The notes under the pieces are model-generated. The model was given only the letters and a program-made list of their open reading frames with translations. It searched no databases and was not told where the DNA came from. The position numbers and the translations under genes are program-made. DNA of 55,086 nucleotides, taken from NCBI GenBank assembly GCA_000934665.2, contig KZ538666.1, positions 1 to 55,086 on the forward strand, written 5' to 3'. This document shows, in pieces, positions 47,801-55,086 of the stretch (position 1 is its first letter; each line of letters begins with the position of its first letter). This DNA is from Catajapyx aquilonaris (Eukaryota).

Positions 47801-49902
47801 AATGTTTTAGTGTATTTTCGCATATAATGCGCAGGGCAATTTTTTGAGCCCATTTGGGATGACGTCAAATAAGGTAATTAATTTTAATTTCATATAATTG
47901 ACGAAAATTAGTAAAATTCCATCGTGGGAAAAAGGAGTACGTAGTTGTAGATGTTTGTTGCATTCTCTTAGATGAACGTCCCCTTTCGTTATTAGAAATG
48001 TAGATCTTGACATTTGTGAAGATTTTTACGACAAAGTCAACAAGAAACTAACGTGATTTAAGGTGGCCATTACAAATCGAAATGACCTGGAAAGTTTGAG
48101 GGATTTTTTTTTTCTATTTTATGAAATCAGAACCATTTCCGAACTTTATTTTTAAAAAATATAGGAACGTCCACTAAAAATCCAATTTACACTTTTTCCC
48201 AACAAGTTCTTCCTCGTCTATGTGACAACTTGCTGGGTCATACGTACGAGATGGGTGATATATTAAACTCAATTTGGGCGCTTCTTTTTGATAAATCCGG
48301 GAATAGTTTGTAACCTGGGAAACTTTGATGATTGGCCACCTTTTCTGGTTGACGTTCTTGAATGAGATACCGTCAAAAGTGGTGAGATTGTGCCTACTCA
48401 TTTTTTGTCGGACACCAGTGCGACCTACCGCGAATTTTACTCGTCATTCCCAACCATGACCATCTCTCAATGTATAGTGGATCATGCTGCCAGTAGGGCG
48501 CACTGTTGTCCAAAAATGCGCTGGCACAATCTCACCCCACCTGGCACAATCTCACCACATTTGACAGTATGTATTCAACTATTGTAGCTGCACTTATGCT
48601 TCCTATTCTAAATGCATGTCATTTATCTGTGTAGCATGCAGGCTACGGCGACTGGCATGGGCAATGTTGGCACGTCCCTCCCCAACATTTTTAACCTATT
48701 AATAATGACAAGGCGGTTATCCCGTGAAAGAACCGTCCGGCTGGATTGAAGCAGACCCCTCTACCGCCGCAGGTTCGGGTGGCAAGAAAAACCGCCAGAA
48801 GGAGCGTCGTCTGATGAAAGGCTTCAACATCGCCCCGACCCAACCTCCTCCTTCGACAATGTCCTCGGTCGAGGGGCAGCCCCCGGGCACGCCCGGGGCA
48901 GTCTCGGATGGCGGGGGAGTCCCTGGAACCAACGGAAACAAGCGGAACTCGCCCATCACTCGGTTAGCCAGATTGGCCCGCATGGCCGGAGCCAAACGCG
49001 ATTCGTCCAAGAAGAAGTGGAGCAACATCATCGAGGCTGCCAGAAACGCGAGGATGGCCAAACTGATCGGAAGAAGTCGAAGCGAGGATTCGGTTTGTAG
49101 CAACGGCGGAAATTCGTCAAACAGCGGCGGATCCAACGGAAGTTTGCCTAGCGTCGGGGACGCGGCCGCCACCGTCACATTCGGACCAGAAGTGGAAGAA
49201 GGAAAGACACACAGCAAGAAGAAGAAGAACAAGGAGCACAAGCACAATAGGTCAAGGACCCCAACTATTGTGCTGCATCCGGCCAGACTCAGGTTTAAAG
49301 ACCAGAAAGATGGGAAGGGCAGCAGTTTGAAGAGTCACAGTCTGGATGCGGATTCAGGGTTGGGAAGCGATAGCGTCGCGACGGAAGCGGCGGCTGCGGC
49401 TGCGGCTGCGGCTGCTGCTTCTGCGGCTGCGGCTGCTAAGAAGGTGCAGAGAACAACGTCGGCTCCGCTTGGAAAACAGACGCCCAACCCGGACATTGTG
49501 GTGGTGGACCAGACTCCGGATCATACTCCGAGAGGAGATCATTTGAGTCCGATTCCAAGCTCGAACGGAGGGGTGTCGCAAAGCCCGTCGCCGACGACGC
49601 CATCACCGACGGCGCCTAAGAGCCCGCATCTGTGGGTGACGTCGTCGTCGGGCAGACCAAATCCGAGAAGAAGCGTGTCACCAGAGGTCAAGAAGGAGCA
49701 GCAACAACAGCCTCAACCCCAATCGATGGTCACTTCGCTGACCATCACCACAGCCTGCACTACGACCACCGCCACCACGACGGTGACGACGGTGACAACG
49801 ACGTCTACGTCGCCTTCCAAGCCTCCAAATGGAGCGGCGACCATTCCGACCTTGCCTGGCATCCAGCCCATAGGAAGACAGGTGGCCACCGGCTGGCTCT
49901 GA
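2737..49902 (+). CDS. Trpgamma: TRPC-family cation channel, TRPgamma orthologue; spliced CDS join(2737..2849,9331..9568,15448..15590,18210..18411,24009..24179,26106..26340,31968..32120,32222..32361,32433..32548,33106..33239,39773..39887,40022..40217,45275..45469,45577..45615,47110..47293,48773..49902), 1167 aa
   Basis: All 15 introns are GT-AG with matching phases; exon lengths sum to 3504 nt. The protein has TRPC hallmarks (ankyrin repeats, [19 protein letters not shown] pore helix, [13 protein letters not shown] box, PPPFNIIP) and segments I recall as TRPgamma-like ([34 protein letters not shown]). Confidence 0.95.
4102..4327 (+). repeat. Degenerate minisatellite of TAACGGATAA(A/G)-type units
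   Basis: About 20 imperfect 9-12-bp units visible directly. Confidence 0.9.
7544..7746. mobile_element. MITE copy A (TIR TGTTATGCAATAATGAGTCAACCCACA), in intron 1
   Basis: Imperfect TIRs at both ends; the internal block is the reverse complement of the one in 15026-15223. Confidence 0.8.
9331..9568 (+). CDS. Trpgamma: TRPgamma exon 2, ankyrin repeats ([39 protein letters not shown]...PGEPH)
   Basis: TTTCCGACAG acceptor, GTGAGT donor, phases 2/0. Confidence 0.95.
11897..12135. repeat. Degraded CACTC/GAGTG-rich repeat, probably an old TIR element
   Basis: Dense clusters of ACTC/GAGT motifs in both orientations, with weak end-to-end inverted similarity. Confidence 0.4.
15026..15223. mobile_element. 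MITE copy B, same family as 7544-7746, opposite orientation, in intron 2
   Basis: About 36-bp TIR ATTGGACGGTGTTATGCAATAATATGTCAACCCACA / TGTGGGTTGACTCATTATTGCATAACATCGTCCAAT; internal AAGATGGCGAAATCTGCA...CTGCCATAAATGACCGAAAAGGA is shared with copy A. Confidence 0.85.
15448..15590 (+). CDS. Trpgamma: TRPgamma exon 3 ([47 protein letters not shown])
   Basis: TTTGCAG acceptor, GTTAGT donor, phases 0/2; TRPC ankyrin repeat 4. Confidence 0.95.
18165..18203 (+). repeat. (TTC)13 microsatellite forming the polypyrimidine tract of exon 4
   Basis: Perfect repeat ending 4 nt before the acceptor AG. Confidence 0.97.
18210..18411 (+). CDS. Trpgamma: TRPgamma exon 4, TRP_2 domain ([52 protein letters not shown]...EYQ)
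   Basis: (TTC)13-TGTCAG acceptor, GTCAGT donor, phases 2/0. Confidence 0.95.
18431..18774. mobile_element. Foldback-type palindromic MITE with internal 30-bp tandem repeats
   Basis: Ends are ACACTCTAAGAAATGTCCGGGTTAAAT...ATTTAACCCGGACATTTCTTAGAGTGT. The arms are near-perfect inverted copies over more than 100 bp. The unit AAGAAAAGTCCGGGTTAAATAACCATGACT occurs about 3 times reverse and 5 times forward. Confidence 0.9.
20714..20852. repeat. Two-copy direct repeat, period 83 bp
   Basis: GAAGTGACA..TATTAATT.TTCACAGCTGTT.TCCACCTGCA.ATTTATT at 20714 and 20797. Confidence 0.85.
23460..23562. mobile_element. Tc1/mariner-type MITE (103 bp), TA TSD
   Basis: TA|CAGAGTGACCCAATAGTA ... TACTTTTGGGTCACCCTG|TA; 18-bp TIR with 2 mismatches. 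Confidence 0.75.
24009..24179 (+). CDS. Trpgamma: TRPgamma exon 5 ([31 protein letters not shown]...[12 protein letters not shown])
   Basis: CACCAG acceptor, AAG|GTAAAA donor, phases 0/0. Confidence 0.95.
26106..26340 (+). CDS. Trpgamma: TRPgamma exon 6, pre-S1 and start of S1 ([26 protein letters not shown]...[17 protein letters not shown])
   Basis: TTTGCAACAG acceptor, GTGAGT donor, phases 0/1. Confidence 0.95.
27019..27036 (+). repeat. (GT)9 microsatellite
   Basis: Direct reading. Confidence 0.9.
31968..32120 (+). CDS. Trpgamma: TRPgamma exon 7, S1-S2 ([18 protein letters not shown]...[16 protein letters not shown])
   Basis: TTTTCAG acceptor, GTAAGA donor, phases 1/1. Confidence 0.93.
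32222..32361 (+). CDS. Trpgamma: TRPgamma exon 8, S2-S3 ([47 protein letters not shown])
   Basis: Translated by hand (not in the ORF track); TTTCCAG acceptor, GTGAGT donor, phases 1/0; preceded by a 101-nt intron. Confidence 0.94.
32433..32548 (+). CDS. Trpgamma: TRPgamma exon 9, S3-S4 loop and S4 ([38 protein letters not shown])
   Basis: Translated by hand; TTTCCAG acceptor, GTGAGA donor, phases 0/2; preceded by a 71-nt intron. Confidence 0.93.
33106..33239 (+). CDS. Trpgamma: TRPgamma exon 10, S4-S5 ([44 protein letters not shown])
   Basis: Translated by hand; TTTCCAG acceptor, GTGAGT donor, phases 2/1; LGPLQVSL is a TRPC signature. Confidence 0.95.
34234..34499. mobile_element. Palindromic TIR element spanning an assembly gap, 3-bp CTA direct repeats at the flanks
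   Basis: Perfect 37-bp inverted repeat GAGGCGTATACTCATCCAGGTCACTCGCAATCGACAA (34234-34270 / 34463-34499); CTA at 34231-34233 and 34500-34502. Confidence 0.75.
34303..34462. other. Assembly gap (160 N)
   Basis: Run of N. Confidence 1.
36302..36411. mobile_element. Tc1/mariner-type MITE (110 bp), TA TSD
   Basis: TA|CAGGGTGGTGCACTTCCCAAG ... CTTGGCAAATGCACCACCCTG|TA; 21-bp TIR with 2 mismatches. Confidence 0.8.
39773..39887 (+). CDS. Trpgamma: TRPgamma exon 11, pore turret ([38 protein letters not shown])
   Basis: CTTTAAAG acceptor, GTACGT donor, phases 1/2. Confidence 0.93.
40022..40217 (+). CDS. Trpgamma: TRPgamma exon 12, pore helix and S6 ([23 protein letters not shown]...[23 protein letters not shown])
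   Basis: TTTTTCAG acceptor, GTGAGT donor, phases 2/0; LFW motif and LLIAMM gate. Confidence 0.96.
44834..45119. mobile_element. hAT-superfamily MITE (286 bp) with 8-bp TSD
   Basis: Perfect 16-bp TIR TAGGGCTGTGCGATAT; TSD CTCTTACG at 44826-44833 and 45120-45127; internal ACCGACATCGA/ATATCG repeats. Confidence 0.92.
45120..45210 (+). mobile_element. 3' end of a Helitron/Helentron-like element (copy 2, interrupted by the hAT MITE)
   Basis: Matches 770-852; ACAGACAGACGGACGGACAG microsatellite, then a perfect hairpin AGACTTTTTC-cgatga-GAAAAAGTCT (45182-45207) followed by A/T. Confidence 0.7.
45275..45469 (+). CDS. Trpgamma: TRPgamma exon 13, TRP box ([36 protein letters not shown]...EHMRTIR)
   Basis: ATTTTTAG acceptor, GTACGT donor, phases 0/0. 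Confidence 0.95.
45577..45615 (+). CDS. Trpgamma: TRPgamma exon 14, 39-nt small exon ([13 protein letters not shown])
   Basis: TTTCAG acceptor (tandem CAG-AAG), GTGAGC donor, phases 0/0; resembles the TRPgamma QQASDRDFKYQ segment as I recall it. Confidence 0.88.
47110..47293 (+). CDS. Trpgamma: TRPgamma exon 15, rib helix/coiled coil ([51 protein letters not shown]...)
   Basis: TTTTCCAG acceptor, AAG|GTATTC donor, phases 0/1. Confidence 0.94.
48370..48567. mobile_element. pogo/Tigger-like MITE (198 bp), TA TSD
   Basis: TA|CCGTCAAAAGTGGTGAGATTGTGCC ... GGCACAATCTCACCACATTTGACAG|TA; 25-bp TIR with 2 mismatches; extra subterminal CTGGCACAATCTCACC copy at 48521. Confidence 0.82.
48773..49902 (+). 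CDS. Trpgamma: TRPgamma terminal coding exon 16 ([21 protein letters not shown]...low-complexity tail...[13 protein letters not shown])
   Basis: Lies in the 392-aa ORF; phase-1 acceptor CGCAG at 48772. The exact 5' boundary is uncertain because four more in-frame AGs lie upstream. Confidence 0.88.
49387..49437 (+). repeat. Coding poly-Ala repeat (A11-S-A5; GCG/GCT, GCGGCT hexamers)
   Basis: Direct reading within exon 16. Confidence 0.95.
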
Positions 49903-50255
49903 CCGCGGTGGCCTTGGAGAGTGTGTCATGTCATCCCAGAGGAAATGTATTTGCTGAAGAGCTCTCTTCTGAATGTTTCATCTGTCGCTCTATCGTTGAT
50001 AATATGGTATGTCTGAGATGTGGTTGCGCGATTGTTTCAAAATCTTCAATTGCATTTCATCAGACTGGTTCAGTCCATGTCAGGTTTGGTGTTGTTTATA
50101 TAAGTACAACAATAATTGAGCTATGATACCACCAAAAATGATATCAATTAGATCGTGAGGCCCTAAAATGGAGAGCATTACCCTCATTGCTCTTCCTTTT
50201 TCAACCTCGTCCTTACAAATTGTTCATTGTGGATGGGCTATGGACTGAACTAGTT

Positions 50256-50261
50256 AATAAA
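50256..50261 (+). promoter_or_regulatory. First candidate polyadenylation signal (AATAAA) after the stop; further candidates at 51099-51108 and beyond
   Basis: Motif only, in AT-rich 3' sequence; use is not demonstrable. Confidence 0.3.
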
Positions 50262-53200
50262 TATTGGCGACTATTTGACGCTTTATATCGATTGTTTAAA
50301 TATGTCTTCTGAAAAAATTGAGTTGATATCAAAAACCTGCCTGTTAAAACCTATTAATTGCCTAGTACAGTTTAACCAATCTGATAATGCAAAATTGCTA
50401 ATCTTATTGCGCATCAATATTGGATGTGTTTCATGGCTCCCTTGGTGCCTATTGAATTTATGCCGCTTGATAAGCAATCAGACAATCAATTTAGTATTTT
50501 TGGCCTGGTTTTACTGTACATGTTAAGAGCAATATTTTTAACAGCTCCTATTCGCAAAATGAAGTACAGTCGCTTCTTGCAATTTTTGATGCAGACTGCT
50601 GCTTCAAAATTATGACAGTTCGCATACGATTCCTATTCAACAAGTTAGGTCGTACCCAAAAGATGTGAATACAATGCTATAGATAATTTTTATCCGCGCA
50701 AATTTTTAGATGCGAATTTTTTGTTTCACGCGGTCAGCTACAAATCTAGGATGAAGCAATGCAGCGTGCTAAATGCGAAACAACACAACCTTGCGGAGAA
50801 AACCTGACATTTTCCATCGATCCGACCGTCTGGGAGGTTTGTGTATGCCACCTGTCGGACTATGGCAAAGAGAGAGAAAGAGAAGAAAAAAAAACCTACC
50901 CTAGATGAGACCAATCGTTGCCTTTTGCACGTTTCTCGTGAGGTCACTCTTGTTTTAACATTTAATCACTCTGTAGTAAAGTCACTGACGACATATTCAC
51001 CGCGAATGAATAATTCGCAAAAAAATTTGACTCGAGAAGTATATAAATTCTCAGCGATATTTCTCACTCGACCTTCCTTGAGTCTTTTAAAGCAACAAAA
51101 TAAATAAAGGATTTTAAAAAAAATGAGCAGCTTTTGAGAGAGCAAAAAAAAATCAATTTTGCGCTAAACACGATCACGATTTTAACTTGCATATAACGAG
51201 ACAAACGTCACACCTTCTCTATACTTACCACTGAACACTTCTATTTTCAGTAGTATCACTTAGATACACTCATTATCTCTACTCATATCTGTGGAAGACA
51301 TATGCAATAGTAACGTAGTAGGTTGCAAGTGAAGAGTAGCATTTAATAAAGCACAAAAGTTGCACGAAAATAAAATAAATTGATACCTTGCTGGGAGATC
51401 TTTCAAAAAAATAAAAGTGAGTGCGTGATATGTATTCCATTGCTGAAGAGAGAGAGAAAACTTCTTGATTGTCGTGGGTTATAAACAACAAAGCACAAAG
51501 AGGTGCCAAAAAAATGTGGTTAACATGCAGTACAACACTATATCTCTTGTATAATATACCCGCTGTAAGTGTCATCTATAATCCAGTGAAAAAAAAACAA
51601 ATGTTTGAAGGGTGTGACCTGCAATTAATATTGTGAACATTGTTGACAGCGATATATCTCGTACTGGAGAAGAGGGGGGGAAAAATTGAATTGTTGCCTC
51701 TACACCATGCAGGTGAAAGCATTAACCACATTTAGATGTCTCCCACTTAGGGTACGTTCCAATTTTTTACAACTAACATAACAACAGTGTTTTATAAGTA
51801 CCCAGAATAATATTGTGAACAGAGTTAAAGCAATGCGCTGTGTAAAGAGATTCTCAACTTAATGCGCACGAATTGTTGCGATAAACGGATTCAAATTTTT
51901 ATGAACATGTGTTGTAATTGCGAAATATATAAAATATTTTTTATGTGTCAAGCTCTACCGTTTCATAATTTCGGTTATAACTTTCCCAATGTGATCACAC
52001 AACTACTATTTACAATTAATCTGTGTTTATTCACTCAAAATTACTTCTTGTACAATCCGTGCAGCTGCAAGTTGAGGACCTCAAGTGTCAGAAACACATG
52101 AGTCGCTGATATGGTCTCACTGATGGAAAAATATTTTGGGACACAGGAGCTGTCCTCACAGTGAGTTCATTTTTAAAGAAATATTATATTTAAAAAAAAT
52201 ACCAAACTGGAGCCTGAGGGTAAGGTAGGCCTACAATCATGGCTATAATTATTGTTCCTAAGACTGCCATTTGTGAGTGTATAGTTCACCTGTGTTCCGC
52301 CGTTGCGGCTGAAGTGTGTAAGTCGGACGAGTCTCAAGGAACTAATCCGTGATTTCATTTTTTTTTTAAAGAAGATAATAATAATAATATGAATCATTAG
52401 GAAGTTTTTGCATTTTTCGAACAGAATTTCTTCCATGAGCATACATTTTCAACTCTTGAGTATAAGTTTAGTGACAGTTTTATAAACTTCAGCATTTTTT
52501 GTGAGGTAAACGCCCAGCTATACGTTTGCACCTGGAGATATGCAGAAAACTATGTTGCTCAAAATTTATATAGTTTTTGTGTGGGGAGGTTTGGCACGTC
52601 AAGACATGACATTTAATACCAGCATGATTTTTTCATAGGGTTAATAATGAGTTTAATAATTGTAGGCTCTTTTTTTGTATATTTTTAGTCATTTGGAATG
52701 AGTTTGTTGCCATGAGTATATAAATCCTGCTGGATGTTTGGGGATCTAAAATGAGTCCCAGGTCCACAAAGATTTCAGTAGGATTTTTTTTGGTATCAGT
52801 TAAAAAAACTTGGTGATATTAATATTATTAGATTTTGTAATATTTTATTTCATCATCCAGAATAATGATAGACTTAGTAACTTATTGTATATTACACGCC
52901 ATATTTAAATGTTCATCAGCTCTCTGTACATTACACGAATTAGATAGAGCTTTTTTTTAATTTATACCATTATTATAGTCGAGCCTGAGTAAGATTAATT
53001 TTGGAAGTACAATATTAGTATTTTTACTTGTGAATTCACTCTATCTCAGTGTGCTGGATAAAAAAAGCATGGTAAGGCTTTTGAGAAGTTATGTAAAATG
53101 TTGGATGGTTATGATTGCTTGTTAGGCGTGGACGAGTACACTATTTGAAAAATATGTACGTAGACTAGTATTAAAAGCTAAAGTATTGGTGTGGTGCAAA

Positions 53201-55086
53201 CCAGGTTCAGTCTGGGTGATTTACTCTTACGTATTTTGGGCCAAACATTTCGACTTTGTCATAATAACATGCATTTAATTTTGGATACCATTAATTTTTA
53301 ATTCGTGTTCAGATATCTAGGGAAGTGAGCCACGGATTTAGCATCTTGAGACGTGTATTATTCTGAAAACGTTCAGTCGATAATATATTTTCCGAGTTGT
53401 AAACTTCGGGATACTGTTGTACTGTTGACATAATCGAGTGCTTCTATACGTGGAATAAAACCCCAAAAAAAAGAGAGTAACTATAATAACAAAGTGTTAA
53501 TAATGCGAGGACGGACTCGTGCTATCTGTTGGGATCATTCAGGTGATCGGTTGGCCCAGGCTTGATCAAAGGTGGTTTGTTAATCGTCTATTGGGGTTGA
53601 GCGTCCATTCTGTAGACTCATTTGTCTGGAATCCAGACTTGGCAATGATGTAATAGGAAGGAGAGATAAATAATAATATATTGTGGATGTGTTCTGATCT
53701 TCGACCAGAAAATTATACTTGGTGTGGACTTGGTGAATATAAAAAGGTACACAAATCATTCAATAAAAACAATGATGAACTTTTGATCAACTCTTTATTT
53801 TTAAACCTGCGCAGAATTTATTAATTTATCTTTCAATCTTGAAGTTATTGATGTGCAGTAAGTATTTACCAGTGATACATATATTTTATTGCAAACATGA
53901 TTTAACCTCATATTGTTTAATTTGAATGTATAGCAGCTGCAGGCATGTCCTGTGCAGGAAATTTTGAAATTTGAATTTAAAATGGCGCCGGAACTTTGTA
54001 GCATTTAGTTGATAAAAAATGCATAATGAAAAGAGGTAATATGGCTATCAGGTCTCTGGGGAGCGTCTGTTCTAAACTCAGGTGCTCCATATGTCCCTTA
54101 TCCAGAGCTATTAATTATTAACCTGCACTCCAGAATGAAAAATGCTGATTCTTTCCCAGGGTGCATCATTTTTCACGGTACATTTCGCCATATGAATACG
54201 TAACAAGTGGCCGCATCCTTGCAGAATGAAATATTTGGGGGAAAAAGTACCGTGCCTTTCTTATTATTCCTCAGATGTATAGGATAATAAAGGGACATGT
54301 ACCTTTGAATAATAATTATTCACTGCAGTTATAATGATGGTTGAATTGGGGAAGCAATCGAAGAATGTAAAGTCTACTTGCACAGTTTTATTTTTCACTT
54401 TGGTTGTTTAACAGGAACCAATCAAGGAACTGGCTTTACCTCCAGCCTTTTTTTAATAATCTCACAGGAATATTTCTGTTGACAAACAACACTCCATTTG
54501 ACAACACAATTTTTCTACGTTTCGACGGAACATGCGGTTAATTACGAGTGACATACAGTACATGCACGTTCAAGGAGTATATTCGTCTCAGTAAGATTTT
54601 CACTTGTCTCAGCTCCACTTCAAGTATAATTTTTAAATTACTCTGGAGTCTTGATGGTGTTCCCGGTAGTGAACTTAAGTACAACAGTGATTTCAGTAAG
54701 TAATTGAAAAAGAATATGAAATAATCAGGGACACGAATGAAGTGGGCTGAAATGTAAATCTCATGCTACTTTCTCGTGCGAGAAAATCTCGAGTATTATT
54801 TATGCAACCAGAGCCTGGTCTACTTGACATTGTTGACATCCATTGTTGTCCATTGCGACGTCCTCTAGTTGAATCAATAACAGGTACCTCGCACTCTAAC
54901 ATGGTAACGTTACAATATATGAAGTCATCATCTATACTCGAGAGATGACATGCAATGCAAAAATAATATGTCTTATCACCTACGTAAATTCTCAATTTGC
55001 CTGAAAGCATCCTGAAACACTAGCCATCAATCGTACATGACCTATACGTGACAATGACCATTCTGAGCTCAAGGGCAACAAATCCA

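Noticed and set aside
48717..50126. Antisense and alternative-frame ORFs (176, 164, 83 aa) over exon 16
   Set aside because: Expected shadows of a GC-rich, repetitive coding exon
53500..55086. Possible exons of a neighbouring (convergent) gene
   Set aside because: Short open frames exist, but there is no recognisable domain or consistent splice chain

Overview
Eukaryotic (arthropod-type) genomic window. It is almost entirely one + strand, intron-rich gene encoding a canonical TRP (TRPC) cation channel, recognisably an orthologue of Drosophila TRPgamma. I reconstructed 16 coding exons from ATG 2737 to TGA 49902. Every intron is GT-AG and every phase matches, giving 3504 nt and 1167 aa. The domain order is ankyrin repeats, H/C Zn motif, S1-S6 with the LFW pore helix, EWKFAR TRP box, coiled coil, and a long low-complexity tail ending ...[10 protein letters not shown] further 5' exon probably exists, because exon 1 begins with a splice acceptor. 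The introns hold many short non-autonomous DNA transposons: a hAT MITE nested in a Helitron-like element whose empty site is also in the window, a foldback palindrome 19 nt from an exon donor, Tc1/mariner- and pogo-like MITEs, and an inverted MITE pair around exon 2. There are also micro- and minisatellites and a 160-N gap. The most interesting signals concern possible C-terminal isoform control: a UGA-C stop inside a hairpin with a 37-codon open extension, five in-frame acceptors for the last exon, and a cryptic truncating exon. No prokaryotic systems, RNA genes or second gene could be supported. Homologue comparisons are from memory and need database confirmation.
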